A DNA stretch of 64,000 bases, taken from NCBI GenBank assembly GCA_963702435.1, contig CAVPCR010000004.1:96001-160000 (forward strand), written 5' to 3'. Positions 19,105 through 29,245 of this stretch are shown one piece after another. The notes beneath the pieces are model-generated. The model was not told the DNA's origin and made no database searches. It worked only from the letters and a program-made list of their open reading frames with translations. This DNA comes from Candidatus Eiseniibacteriota bacterium (GTDB lineage Bacteria > Eisenbacteria > RBG-16-71-46 > CAVPCR01). Each line of letters begins with the position of its first letter. Position 1 is the stretch's first letter. Made by a program: the position numbers and the translations under genes.

Positions 19105-20418
19105 ATGAGCCGAGTCCGGACAGCGCGGCGAGCGATCGCCGGGGCGTTGCTGCTCGCGTCTCTTTTCGCAACGGCCGCTCTCGCCCAGGAGAACGCAGCG
19201 GCGGCGAAGCCGAAGCCCGATCTCACGCCGGGGAGAGGATTCAAGATCTACGAGGGCGACAAGGGCGCACTGACCTTCAGCCTCTACACCTACATCCGCT
19301 ACCTGAACCAGCGCGGGCTCGACGACACCTATACGGACCCCTCCGGGAATGCGAAGACCCTCGACCAGCGAGACGACCTACAGCTCCAGAAGGCGCTCCT
19401 CTACTTCAAGGGCTGGCTCGGCCGGCCCGAGTTCCGCTACCTCGCCTACGTGTGGACCTCGAACACGAGCCAGGGGCAAGGCGCGCAGGTCGTGGCGGCC
19501 GGGAACCTGAACTACCGGTTCAACGAGCACATCGAGGTGGGTGCCGGCATCGGCGGCCTCCCGACCACGCGCAGCACGCGCGGCACGTGGCCGCACTGGC
19601 TCAAGCAGGACAACCGCACGATCGCCGACGAGTACTTCCGCGGCTCCTACACGAGCGGCATCTGGGCCAGCGGGGACGTGAGCGATGACCTCCATTACAA
19701 GGCCATGTTCGGGAACAACCTGAGCCAGCTCGGCGTGGACGCGGGGCAGCTCGACGCCGGGATGAACACCTACTCCGGGGCCTTCTGGTGGACTGCGGGT
19801 GGCTTCGGCGCTTATGAAGGATTCGGCGATTTCGAGGGGCACGAGACGGTCGCCACGAGCCTGGGCGCCGCTCTGACGGGCAGCCGGGAGAGCAGACAGA
19901 ACCAGCCCGACGTGGACGATCCCGAGAACACGCAGATCCGCGTCTCGGACGGGACGGGCATCTTCCAGATCGGCGCCTTCGGCGACAGCCTGGCGATCGA
20001 GCAGGCCGACTATCACATGTCCGCTTTCGATGGCGCGGTCAAGTATCGCGGCTGGGCCCTCGAAGGGGAGTACTACGTGCGGTGGGTCGACAATCTGAAG
20101 TGGATCGACCTCCGGAGCGCGAGCGGCGAGCTGCCGACGGAGGACTTCTTCGACCACGGCTTCCAGCTGCAGGCATCCATGATGGCGATGCCGAAGAAGC
20201 TCATGCTCTACGGCTTCACCTCGAGGATCTTCGGCGAGTACGGCGAGCCCTGGGAAGCGGGCGGCGGACTCAACTACTACCCGTTCGAGACGCGGATCCT
20301 GCGCTTCAACCCGGAGATCATCTACGTGGACGAGTCCCCGGTCGGCTACCTGAGCTATCCGCTCCTGGTCGGCGCCAAGGGGCCTGTCTTCATGGCGAAC
20401 ATCGAGCTCTACTTCTGA
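19105..20418 (+). CDS. Outer-membrane beta-barrel protein (porin-like)
   Basis: Signal peptide (..ATAALA-Q), aromatic/Gly-rich amphipathic strands and C-terminal ...NIELYF beta-signal. GGAGG RBS. Confidence 0.75.
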   Translation: MSRVRTARRAIAGALLLASLFATAALAQENAAAAKPKPDLTPGRGFKIYEGDKGALTFSLYTYIRYLNQRGLDDTYTDPSGNAKTLDQRDDLQLQKALLYFKGWLGRPEFRYLAYVWTSNTSQGQGAQVVAAGNLNYRFNEHIEVGAGIGGLPTTRSTRGTWPHWLKQDNRTIADEYFRGSYTSGIWASGDVSDDLHYKAMFGNNLSQLGVDAGQLDAGMNTYSGAFWWTAGGFGAYEGFGDFEGHETVATSLGAALTGSRESRQNQPDVDDPENTQIRVSDGTGIFQIGAFGDSLAIEQADYHMSAFDGAVKYRGWALEGEYYVRWVDNLKWIDLRSASGELPTEDFFDHGFQLQASMMAMPKKLMLYGFTSRIFGEYGEPWEAGGGLNYYPFETRILRFNPEIIYVDESPVGYLSYPLLVGAKGPVFMANIELYF

Positions 20419-20521
20419 GCGTCGCCGGGGTGGGTGACGCGGCGCCGCGGGCGTTGTACGCTTGTCGGGCCACCCAGGACCGGCTGGCCCGGGCCGGCCC
20501 CCCCACGAACGAGGACGATCC

Positions 20522-21001
20522 ATGCGTGCACGCAAGAGTCTCCTGCTCCCGGCGCTCGCCCTGGCCGCCACGGTCACGGCGTCCATGGCGCCCGCCCCCG
20601 CCGGCGCGTCGTGGAAGGTGCCGGCCGAGGCGGCGAAGGTGAAGAGCCCGGTCGCGCCGAGCAAGGAGTCGGTGGCGCGCGGCGAGGCGATCTACAAGGC
20701 CTCCTGCCTCGACTGCCACGGCCCGCAGGGCCGCGGTGACGGGAAGCAGGCGAAGGGGCTCTCGAAGAAGCCGGCCGACCTCGCCGCCGAGCTCCGCGAG
20801 GACTCGGACGGCGAGATCTTCTGGAAGGTGAGCGAGGGCAAGCGGCCGATGCCGGGCTTCAAGAAGGATCTGAAGGAAGATGCGCGCTGGGATGTCGTTA
20901 ACTACCTGCGCAAGGTGATCCAGGCCCCGGCGAAGGGAGCCCCGGCGGATACGACCAAGGGGAAGTCGAATCCGCAGAGCGGAGCAGAGGACAAGAAGTA
21001 A
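20522..21001 (+). CDS. Monoheme class I cytochrome c
   Basis: Signal peptide, CLDCH heme motif, [12 protein letters not shown] and distal Met in PMPGF. Confidence 0.92.
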   Translation: MRARKSLLLPALALAATVTASMAPAPAGASWKVPAEAAKVKSPVAPSKESVARGEAIYKASCLDCHGPQGRGDGKQAKGLSKKPADLAAELREDSDGEIFWKVSEGKRPMPGFKKDLKEDARWDVVNYLRKVIQAPAKGAPADTTKGKSNPQSGAEDKK

Positions 21002-21003
21002 AC

Positions 21004-21606
21004 GTGGATACTCTGGCCACCCTGGGCCTCATGCTCGGCACGAGCTGGGCCACGGGGATCAATCTCTACGCGGTCGTCTTCGTGCTCGGGATCACCAATC
21101 GGCTCGGGTGGATCGATCTCCCGCAGTCGCTCGATCCGGTGAGCAGCCTCGTCGTGCTCGTCACGGCGGGGCTCCTCTATGCAGTCGAGTTCGTCGCCGA
21201 CAAGATCCCGGCCGTGGACTCGGTGTGGGACACGATCCATACCTTCATCCGCCCGCTCGGCGGCGCCGCGCTCGCCTACATGGCGGTCGGCGACACGAGC
21301 CCGACCTTCCAGATCATGGCGGCGCTCCTCGGCGGCGCCGTCGCCTTGAACTCGCATCTCACCAAGGCCACGTCGCGCCTCGCGCTCAACGCCTCGCCGG
21401 AGCCGGTGTCGAACTGGACGGCGAGCCTCCTCGGCGACGGGCTCGTCCTCGGCCTCATCTGGCTCGCGGTCGCCCATCCTGTGATCGCGATCGTCGTCGT
21501 CCTCGCCTTCATCGTGCTCTCGATCTGGTTCCTGTCCAAGATGGTGCAGTTCGTGAAGTCGATCTTCTCGTTCGACGCGAAAGAGGATCCGGTCGCCGGA
21601 CCGTGA
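21004..21606 (+). CDS. DUF4126 family membrane protein
   Basis: [26 protein letters not shown] and SPEP.SN motifs. Confidence 0.85.
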   Translation: MDTLATLGLMLGTSWATGINLYAVVFVLGITNRLGWIDLPQSLDPVSSLVVLVTAGLLYAVEFVADKIPAVDSVWDTIHTFIRPLGGAALAYMAVGDTSPTFQIMAALLGGAVALNSHLTKATSRLALNASPEPVSNWTASLLGDGLVLGLIWLAVAHPVIAIVVVLAFIVLSIWFLSKMVQFVKSIFSFDAKEDPVAGP

Positions 21607-21623
21607 CGGCGAACGGAGCAGCG

Positions 21624-22019
21624 ATGATCGATCGGCAGAACATCTCGTCGGGGACGCCCTGGGAGCCGATCGTCGGCTACTCGCGCGCGGTGCGCGTCGG
21701 GAACCAGGTGATCGTGGCGGGCACCACCGCGACCGATCGGGATGGCCGCATCGTCGGGGTCGGGGATGCCCACGCGCAGGCGCGGCAGGCGCTCGCGAAC
21801 ATCGCCGCCGCGCTGGCCAGGGCCGGCGCGGCGATGACGGATGTCGTCCGCACCCGCATGTACGTCGTTCGCAGCGCGGATTGCGACGCGGTCGGGCGCG
21901 CGCACGCCGAGTGCTTCCGCGACGTGAAGCCCGCGGCGACCATGGTGGTCGTCGCGGGCCTCGTCCACCCCGACATGCTCGTCGAGATCGAGGTGGATGC
22001 GGTGATCGGGTGCGGTTGA
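21624..22019 (+). CDS. RidA/YjgF/UK114 family protein
   Basis: [29 protein letters not shown] and LVEIEVDA. Confidence 0.9.
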   Translation: MIDRQNISSGTPWEPIVGYSRAVRVGNQVIVAGTTATDRDGRIVGVGDAHAQARQALANIAAALARAGAAMTDVVRTRMYVVRSADCDAVGRAHAECFRDVKPAATMVVVAGLVHPDMLVEIEVDAVIGCG

Positions 22020-22062
22020 GCGGCCGCGCCGCAACTGCGAAGCGGACTGCCGAGGGATACCA

Positions 22063-23577
22063 ATGCGTACGCTGACACTGGCCTCGTGCCAGGTCGATAC
22101 ACTTCCAAGGCTGGCATGGTGCGCCACGATCCGAAAGCACGACCGTACAGTACGCGTGCTACACGGGCCCCATGTCGAGGTCGCCGCCGACTTCTTTTGT
22201 GACGGGGCCTGGAATGGGGACTTCGCCAGCGCAGATTTCGAGAAAGGCTTGCTCATAGGTTCTGCCGGCAAGGTCGTCGGGGATCGCCTGCTGATCTCCA
22301 CTCCGAATCACACCATGGAGCGGATCTACCTGCTGAGAAGCGGCGAAACCCTGCTCGTGTCGAATTCGTGTGCTTTCGTGCTCGCGCTATCCGACGATGA
22401 ACTCGACCCGCAGGATCTGTCGTATACGAGGCGGTTGTCCTCGATCATCCGTGGGATTGACCAGTACGAGCGGTGGATCCCGACTCGTCGCGGGAACCGC
22501 ATCCACGTGTACTGCCACTGCAACATTCAGGTGGGGGTGGATCATCAGGTGGTGGAAGCACCGAAAGCCGCGGAGCGCGAGTTCGTGGAATTCGCCGATT
22601 ACAGGTCGTTCCTCGAGGAGGCCACCGGCGCCATAGCGTCGAACGCAAGCGACTCGCGGCGGAAGATCCAGTATCGACCGCTGGCAACCATCTCCAGCGG
22701 TTACGACTCCCCCGCCAGTGCTGTCTTTGCGTGGAAGGCAGGATGCAAGGAGGCCATCACAATCCGCCGTTCCAGGCCGCGAGGCGGCTCTGATGTGGAG
22801 GATTCAGGGGAGGAGATTGCGAGGATCCTGGGGATGAGAGTGCAGGCATTCGACCGATTCGACTACCTTGACCGGACGGATCTACCGGAGGCGGAGGGCG
22901 GCATCACCGAGTTTCTGTCCTTTGGCGATTGCCTTGAGCAGCGGCTTCTCTTCACCGGATTCAATGACGTCGTATGGGATCGTTCCGCCAAGATGGTCAG
23001 TCCCTACATTCGACGGAAGGACACGAGCGGCAACAGCCTGACCGAACTCAGACTGCGGTTGGGGTTCTTACATCTGCCGGTGCCGTACCTGGGGTGCACC
23101 AGCCATTCCTCGATCCATCGGATCTCCAACTCGCAGGAGATGCTGCCGTGGTGCGTCGGGGGCAACTATGACAAACCGATTCCCCGGCGCCTGGTGGAAG
23201 AGGCGGGCGTCGATCGACAGCTGTTCGGCGTCGTGAAGAAGGCCGCGGCGATCGTGCCTCATGAGGAGGGATTCGAAGAGGCCATGACCAAGGAGTCCCG
23301 GGCCGATTTCTCGCGGTTCTTCGCCGAGGTATCCACCCGGCGGATCCGGGCGAAGCTGTGGCTGTGCAAGATTGGACAATCAGTGGCGAGGATGAACCGC
23401 CAATTGCGCTGGACGATCGCAGGGGTGAGTTCCCGAATGAGTGGCGGCCGAATCGCTCTGCAGCTGCCGGTGGTCATCCCTGCCAGTGTCGAGCGGATCG
23501 GAGAACGGGGCCGGCATTCGCTTCTCTTCCATTGGTCGATGAGCAAGCTACGGTCGCGGTACCAGGTGGCGGAGTGA
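22063..23577 (+). CDS. Hypothetical protein with a PP-loop-like motif (asparagine-synthetase-like fold), lower GC
   Basis: 504-aa ORF with LATISSGYDS and a C-terminal YDKPIPRR..E.GV..LFG..K segment. Codon usage is visibly less GC-biased than in the flanking genes. Confidence 0.65.
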   Translation: MRTLTLASCQVDTLPRLAWCATIRKHDRTVRVLHGPHVEVAADFFCDGAWNGDFASADFEKGLLIGSAGKVVGDRLLISTPNHTMERIYLLRSGETLLVSNSCAFVLALSDDELDPQDLSYTRRLSSIIRGIDQYERWIPTRRGNRIHVYCHCNIQVGVDHQVVEAPKAAEREFVEFADYRSFLEEATGAIASNASDSRRKIQYRPLATISSGYDSPASAVFAWKAGCKEAITIRRSRPRGGSDVEDSGEEIARILGMRVQAFDRFDYLDRTDLPEAEGGITEFLSFGDCLEQRLLFTGFNDVVWDRSAKMVSPYIRRKDTSGNSLTELRLRLGFLHLPVPYLGCTSHSSIHRISNSQEMLPWCVGGNYDKPIPRRLVEEAGVDRQLFGVVKKAAAIVPHEEGFEEAMTKESRADFSRFFAEVSTRRIRAKLWLCKIGQSVARMNRQLRWTIAGVSSRMSGGRIALQLPVVIPASVERIGERGRHSLLFHWSMSKLRSRYQVAE

Positions 23578-23590
23578 GGTGGCGGAGCAG

Positions 23591-23620
23591 GGCGGCGCGC
23601 GCCCGGGCGAGCGCGCCGCC
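23591..23620. terminator. GC hairpin between convergent genes
   Basis: GGCGGCGCGC-N10-GCGCGCCGCC is a perfect 10-bp inverted repeat. There is no clear U-tract. Confidence 0.4.
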
Positions 23621-23631
23621 TCCCGCGCAAT

Positions 23632-24438
23632 TCACCTATCGCACGAGCACGAGATCACGAGCCGCCGTCCGCCGCCCGGCAGGCCGCCGCCCACGATCTG
23701 GAAGCAGTCGCCGGCGGTGAACGGCTGGCCGTCCAGGAGACTTCCGGTGAGAGTCACCGGTCGCTCGTCTCCCTGCCTGACGGGACCCAGCGCGGCGAGG
23801 ATCGCGGTCGCTTCGAACTTGAGGGTCAGGTCCTCGCGCCCGTCCGGACCCGCGTCCGTGCATGCGCACGCTTCGCCCGAGGCCGGCGTGCTCACGTCCT
23901 CGTAGGACCAGCGCACCGGCGCGATGCCCTCGAGGCGGAGCGTCGCCGGATCGATCGCGCGCACGTCGAGGCCGTCGGCCGAGGAGTGCCGCCGGCACCA
24001 CGCCGTGCTGGCGGAGGTTCAGCGGGTTCGGACAGCCGCCCGGCTTGAGATCGAGCGGGTAGACGATGTCCGGGGCCAGTCGCCGCGTGACGATGCTCAC
24101 GCGCGTCGGCTCGTAGACGACCTCGAACTCGCACTGCGGGACATCCGGCAGGACCACCGTGGCGAACGTGCCCGCGATGGCGGGAGCGGTCAACACCGCC
24201 TGGTCTCCGCGGAGCGTGCCGCCCGGGTTGATCGTGTAGCCGCGTTGGTCGCATCCACGCCGTAGGCGCCGGTCAGGCTGAAGACGCCGAAATCGAAGAA
24301 CGCCCGCGGATATCCGCGCAGGGTCCAGTTGTTCACGTCTTCCCAGGTGCCGCCGCTCGGGTTGGTCCACTGATAGGTTGCGGCGAGCGCCGGCGCGTCA
24401 CTCGCGTTCCCGCCCGCGATGACCGCGACGAGGAGCAT
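23632..24438 (-). pseudogene. Decayed secreted protein split over three frames
   Basis: Signal peptide plus YQWTNPSGGTW..NW; then GYTINPG..LDLKPGGCPNPLN..GVVPAALLG in a second frame; then DGLDVRAIDPATLRL..GPDG..DLTLKF in a third. Breaks are near 24245 and 23978. Confidence 0.7.
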
Positions 24439-24525
24439 TGGACCATCGGGTGACGAGGCGCGGCGGGCACATGGCAGGCGAGCATCGCGCCGTTCCGCAA
24501 TGGACGCGGCGGGGCGCGATGCCGT

Positions 24526-25749
24526 TCAGTAGATGAAGCGGCGGATGTCGTAGAGCGCGATCGGCGCGGTCACCTGGGCGGCGCGGAGGCGCGTGCGGAA
24601 CTCCTCCGCCTCGTGCGCGAGCTCGGCGGGGGTGAGGGGGGCAAGCGCACCGCTCCGCGCCTCGAAGGCCGAGCCCGGATGGACGACGAGCGGCGAGAGG
24701 TAGATACGGTCGCCGCGGGCGGGCGCCATGGCGGCGATCGTCTCGACCGTGGTGGCCACGTGCTCCGCCCCGAGCTTCCTCCCGCCGGCGCCGACGAGGA
24801 CGATGATGCCGAGGCCGATCCCGGCGGTGTGGAGCGCGTGGGCGAGGGCGATCGCGGCGTCCGCCTCGGCCGGCTTCCCGAGCGCGGCGAGGACCTCGGC
24901 GCTCCCGCTCTCGAGCCCGAGCGCGACGCTCGCCAGGCCGCGCTCGCGCAGCGCGCGGAGCTCGTCAGCGGTCTTCGGTTGGGTGAAGGAATCGATGAAC
25001 GCGGCAAGCGTCGAGAAGGAGCGCGGCGCCGCGACCCGCTCCAGCTCCTCGCGCAGGACGTCGAGGAGGGGAAGGAGCTTCTCCTGGGCGATGACGAGAG
25101 CGTTGGCCTGGCCGAGGAATAGGCCGCGGCGGAGCGGCAGCGCCCGCCCGACGAGTGCAAGCACGCTCTGGACGTGCGCGCGGAGCGTCTCCGGCGCCTT
25201 GAGCGAGAAGGTCGCGTCGCGATAGAGATGGCAGAACGTGCAGCGATTCCACGAGCAGCCGGAGGTGAGCTGGAGGACGAGCGCCCGGTTCTGATCGGGC
25301 GGCAGGATGGGAATCGGATCGTAGGTCGACGCGAACTGCTCCGCCTCGCCGGCGTAGCGCGCGGCATCCCAGCGCGTGGCGCGGGCGAGCGGCCCGGCGA
25401 GCGAGGCGGGGGCCCGGGCAGGGAGCGCGGCCGCCGCCTCGCGGACGAGGCCGGACACGCGCGCGAGGAGCGGCGCGGCGGTGGAGTCGGGAAGGACATC
25501 GATCGCAAGCGCGCGGAAGGCGTCGCCGCGCTCGATCGCGACCCGGCGCACGCGGCCGTCGAGGCCGCGCTGGTACGAGTCGCCGTCCATCCATGCGCGA
25601 TGGAGGCGGCCTTCGAGATCGAGATGGACGAGATCGCCGCCCTCGGCGAAGAGGGAGAGGAGATGCTCCTTCCGCGCGAGGACAAGCCCGCCGGCGAGCG
25701 GCAGCACCTCGCGGTAGGCGGGTCCGATCTCGTGCGGCGTGTCGATCAT
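24526..25749 (-). CDS. Radical SAM protein
   Basis: GCSWNRCTFCHLY CxxxCxxC motif, GLESG and IIVLVGAGG. Confidence 0.9.
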   Translation of the reverse strand: MIDTPHEIGPAYREVLPLAGGLVLARKEHLLSLFAEGGDLVHLDLEGRLHRAWMDGDSYQRGLDGRVRRVAIERGDAFRALAIDVLPDSTAAPLLARVSGLVREAAAALPARAPASLAGPLARATRWDAARYAGEAEQFASTYDPIPILPPDQNRALVLQLTSGCSWNRCTFCHLYRDATFSLKAPETLRAHVQSVLALVGRALPLRRGLFLGQANALVIAQEKLLPLLDVLREELERVAAPRSFSTLAAFIDSFTQPKTADELRALRERGLASVALGLESGSAEVLAALGKPAEADAAIALAHALHTAGIGLGIIVLVGAGGRKLGAEHVATTVETIAAMAPARGDRIYLSPLVVHPGSAFEARSGALAPLTPAELAHEAEEFRTRLRAAQVTAPIALYDIRRFIY

Positions 25750-26324
25750 GGCCGCGGGCGGAGGACCTTCGCGAGGAGGTCTGCGATCCCGAGCGGGCCG
25801 GCCCAGCGCTGGAGGAGCTCGTGATCCAGGCGGTCGCCCTGCGCGGCGGCGATACCCGCGATGTCGGCCCACTGGCGCTCGGAGATCTCGCCCCCGGCCC
25901 GGTACCAGAGGAGCTTGCGCAGGATCGTGTGCTCCGCGCTCTTCACGACGATGACGCGTCCCCGATCGTCCTCGATCGCCACGGCGCGCTCGAATTCCTC
26001 GCGATCGAAGGGCGAGTCTCCGAGCACGAATACGTTGACCTTGATGCCGCTGTCGAGGTGCACGAGGTTGAAACTCCTCATGCTGCCCGCCGCACTGCGC
26101 GCGCTCTCCTCATCGACATAGAACCGATCCGCGAGCCGGCGCGCCAGCGCGACCGCCGTGCCGGGAGTGAGGGCCGCGACCAGATCGATGTCCTGGGTCT
26201 GTCGTGGAATGCCGTGGATGGAGCTCGCATAGGAGCCGCCGAGGTGATAGCGGACGCCGAGCGCAGTGAGCGCTTCGATCACGCACAGTGCGACCGCGAT
26301 GGCCTCGGGGCGTTCTGGCGTCAT
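25746..26324 (-). CDS. Nucleotidyltransferase-fold protein (MenT1/AbiEii-like toxin candidate)
   Basis: GGSYASSIHGIPRQTQDIDLV (GG..R.T.DxD) and E..IL.KL.W..SERQW.DI. Confidence 0.75.
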   Translation of the reverse strand: MTPERPEAIAVALCVIEALTALGVRYHLGGSYASSIHGIPRQTQDIDLVAALTPGTAVALARRLADRFYVDEESARSAAGSMRSFNLVHLDSGIKVNVFVLGDSPFDREEFERAVAIEDDRGRVIVVKSAEHTILRKLLWYRAGGEISERQWADIAGIAAAQGDRLDHELLQRWAGPLGIADLLAKVLRPRP

Positions 26325-26611
26325 GGCACCCGGTCCTGCGCGGCGAGTGTCCCGGGGGGGTCGAGGGGGCCGTAGACCCTGGTCGCGAGCTCCTCGCCGA
26401 GCACGAGTCCGAGGAGCCGCCGGCGGAGCCGGGCCGGTGATTCGTCCGGGTGGCGCCGGCGGAGGCCGGCCATGGCGAGGAGACGCGAGGTCGCGATGGC
26501 GTCGTCCACGAGCTCGAGCTTGCGCCAGGGCGGCATGCGGCGGTAGATCGCGAGCATGACGGCCTCGGCCTCGGGCGAGGTGTCGGGGGGCGTGTGCGAG
26601 CTCGTCAACAT
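26321..26611 (-). CDS. Small helical protein (MenA1/Rv0078B-like antitoxin candidate)
   Basis: DTSPEAEAV...RRMPP.RKL...GLRRRHP. Overlaps the start of the NTase gene. Confidence 0.65.
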   Translation of the reverse strand: MLTSSHTPPDTSPEAEAVMLAIYRRMPPWRKLELVDDAIATSRLLAMAGLRRRHPDESPARLRRRLLGLVLGEELATRVYGPLDPPGTLAAQDRVP

Positions 26612-26670
26612 GGTTGATGAAAGGCTAGCACGCTGGGCTGGTGGGCGCACCCCGGGCTGCCCGCCCGGCC

Positions 26671-27672
26671 TCACGCGTAGAGCTTCGCCACGTACTCGCC
26701 GTACCCGTTGTAGAGGAGCGTCTTTCGCCGGAGCATCTCCCCGATCATCTGCTCGGTGGCCTGCGACCAGCGCGAATGAGGGATCTCGGGGGTCACGTTG
26801 GCGATGAAATCGTACTCGGCCGGAACCTCGTCGTTCCAGAAGGTGCGTGGCTTCTCGTCCGTGAACTCGACGACGGCGATCGACTTGATGCTCTTGAAGC
26901 CGTACTTCCATGGCGTGACGAGGCGGATCGGCGCCCCGTGCTGCGGCGGGAGCTCGTGCCCGTAGATGCCGGTCGCGAGGAGGGCGAGCTCGTTCGTCGC
27001 CTCGGCCAGGGTGAGGGCTTCGTAGTAGGGCCACGGGTACCAGTCGTGCTTCTGCCCCGGGGCCTCCGCGGGGCGGAGGAAGGAGACGAAGCGCACGTGG
27101 CGAGCGCTCGCGAGCGGCTCCGCGAAGCGCACGAAGTCGGCGAGCGGGAAGCCGGTCCACGGCACCGCCATCGACCACGCCTCGACGCAGCGATGGCGAT
27201 AGAGCCGCTCCTCGAGTCGCATCTTGCGCACGAGGTCGTCCACGTCGATCGTCCGCGGTCTGGCGACGAGGCCCCTGATCTCGAGCGCCCACGGGCGCGT
27301 CGTGAGCTTTTCGGCGAGCTTCCAGACCTGGTCCTTGGCCTCGGTGAACTCGTAGAAGTTGTTGTAGCGGGCGGCGAGCTTCTCGGTGGTGAGCGGGCGG
27401 TCGAGGACGTACTTCGAATTCCGCGCCGCGGGGTAGAGCGAGGCGAGCGGGCTCGGAGCCCCCGCGGGAGAAGGGGGGCCGCCGGCGGCGGCAGCGCCCG
27501 GCTCGTCGGCGCGGCTGCAGCCGAGGAGGCCGCCCGCAGTGAGGCCCGCGATCGCGCCGAGGCCGGCGCTGCCGAGGGTCGCGAGGAAGCGGCGACGGTT
27601 GAGGAACACTTCTTCGGGTGTCGCCTCGCGTTCGGGGAGCGAATACCGACGCTGGATGCGGATGCTAGCCAT
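26671..27672 (-). CDS. msrP: Periplasmic protein-methionine-sulfoxide reductase catalytic subunit
   Basis: Tat signal NRRRFL, YNNFYEF, RHRCVEAWSM with the Mo-binding Cys, HGAPIRLVTPWKYGFKSIKS, RWSQATE and YNGY. Confidence 0.95.
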   Translation of the reverse strand: MASIRIQRRYSLPEREATPEEVFLNRRRFLATLGSAGLGAIAGLTAGGLLGCSRADEPGAAAAGGPPSPAGAPSPLASLYPAARNSKYVLDRPLTTEKLAARYNNFYEFTEAKDQVWKLAEKLTTRPWALEIRGLVARPRTIDVDDLVRKMRLEERLYRHRCVEAWSMAVPWTGFPLADFVRFAEPLASARHVRFVSFLRPAEAPGQKHDWYPWPYYEALTLAEATNELALLATGIYGHELPPQHGAPIRLVTPWKYGFKSIKSIAVVEFTDEKPRTFWNDEVPAEYDFIANVTPEIPHSRWSQATEQMIGEMLRRKTLLYNGYGEYVAKLYA

Positions 27673-27820
27673 GATCGAGGCCTCTGGACTCCTGGGCAGG
27701 CGGGACACGACGGTGATTCTCGTCCACCGAAGGGCGGGGAAAAGCCCGGAGATCCCCCAGCCGGCGTATGATGGGATGCGTCCCGCCGGCCCGAGGATGC
27801 ACCGGCGGGCCAGGTGACCG

Positions 27821-29210
27821 ATGACGATCGCAGAAGGCAGGCCGGGCGCGGACAGGTCCGGCGACCGGCGGTTTCTCGCCGATCGCATGCTCGCGCGGCT
27901 GGCGCGCTGGCTCCGGGTGGCGGGGGAGGATGTCCTCTTGCCGGCGCTCCCGGGGAGCCACGTGCCGACGCGGGACGAGCTCGCGCGCACCGCCCGGGCC
28001 GAGCGCCGCATCGTCCTCACCCGCGATCGCACCTTCCCCCTCCCGCGCGCGGATCGACTCCTCGTCGTGGCCACCGATCTCGACGCGCAGCTCCGCGAGT
28101 TCTACCGCGCATTTCTTGCCGATCCGCTCGCGCACGCCTTCACCCGCTGCAGCCTGTGCAACGGGATCGCCGACGAGGCGGCGCGGGAGGATGTTGCCGA
28201 CGCCCTCCCGCCGGCGGTGCGCGAGCGCGGGCGCGACTTTCGCCGCTGCCGTGACTGCGGCCAGGTCTACTGGGATGGAAGCCACACGGCGCGGATCCGG
28301 TCGCGGCTCGAAGCGCTGCGCGCGGAGCTCGGCGTCGAGCTCGGTGGCCGGCTGCCGCGGCACCGGCGCGCGGAGCTCGCGCTCGACGATCACTGCGGCT
28401 GGGCGCGCTTCGATGATTTCCTCCGCGAGATCCTCGCGCGGCTCGATCTCTCGTGGGCCGGCTACCGCCGGCCGCGGCGGTCGCTGCGCCCGGGCCTGGT
28501 CGCGCGCATGGCGGAGCTCGGCCTCCGCGACTACGGCGAGTACCTCGATCACGTCGCGGCGCATCCCGAGGAGCGCGCGCAGCTCGCCGGGCTGCTCGCC
28601 ATCACCATCTCGCGCTTCTTTCGCGATCGCGAGGACTGGAAGGCGCTTGCCGAACTCGTGATTGGCGAACTCGCGGCCCGCGGCCGGGGCGACGGGGGCC
28701 CCGTGCGCGCGGCGAGCCTCGGCTCGGCCTCGGGCGAGGAGTCGTACACGCTCCGGATCCTGTGGACCGAGCGCGCGCCCGACGTGCCGCTCGATCTCCT
28801 TGCTGCCGACGTGCGGACCGACGTGCTCGCGCGCGCGAAGGCGGCGATCTACACGGCAACGAGCGTGCACTCGGTGCCGGGGGATCTCCTCGCGCGGCAC
28901 TTCACGCGCGAGCCGGGGCGCTGCCGGCAGCGTGTATCGCCTGGATCGCCGGATCGCCGATGCGGTCCGCTTCGTGGAGCTTGATTTGACGCACGACCCG
29001 CTGCCAGGCCCGTTCGATCTCCTCCTCTGCCGGAACTCCGCCTTCACCTACCTGGGCGCGGCGCGGCAAGCGGACGCCGCGGGCCGGCTCGTGGCGGCAC
29101 TCGCCCCCGGCGGCTTCCTCATGATCGGTGGCGGCGAGCGGCTCCCGGCGGGGACCGCGGGCCTCGTGCGGGTGGGGCGCTGTCTTTACCGGAAGAGCGC
29201 GGGCGGGTAA
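27821..29210 (+). CDS. Mut7-C (PIN-like, Zn-ribbon) RNase domain fused to a CheR-type methyltransferase; +1 frameshift at the G-run 28915-28918
   Basis: FLADRMLARLARWLR, LTRD, RCSLCN and RCRDCGQVYWDGSH, then TISRFFRD and ASGEESY in one frame. FDLLLCRN..TY and LAPGGFLMIG follow in the +1 frame. Confidence 0.8.
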
Positions 29211-29245
29211 GATCGGGCGTCAACGTCACCTGGGAACGCGCGCGC

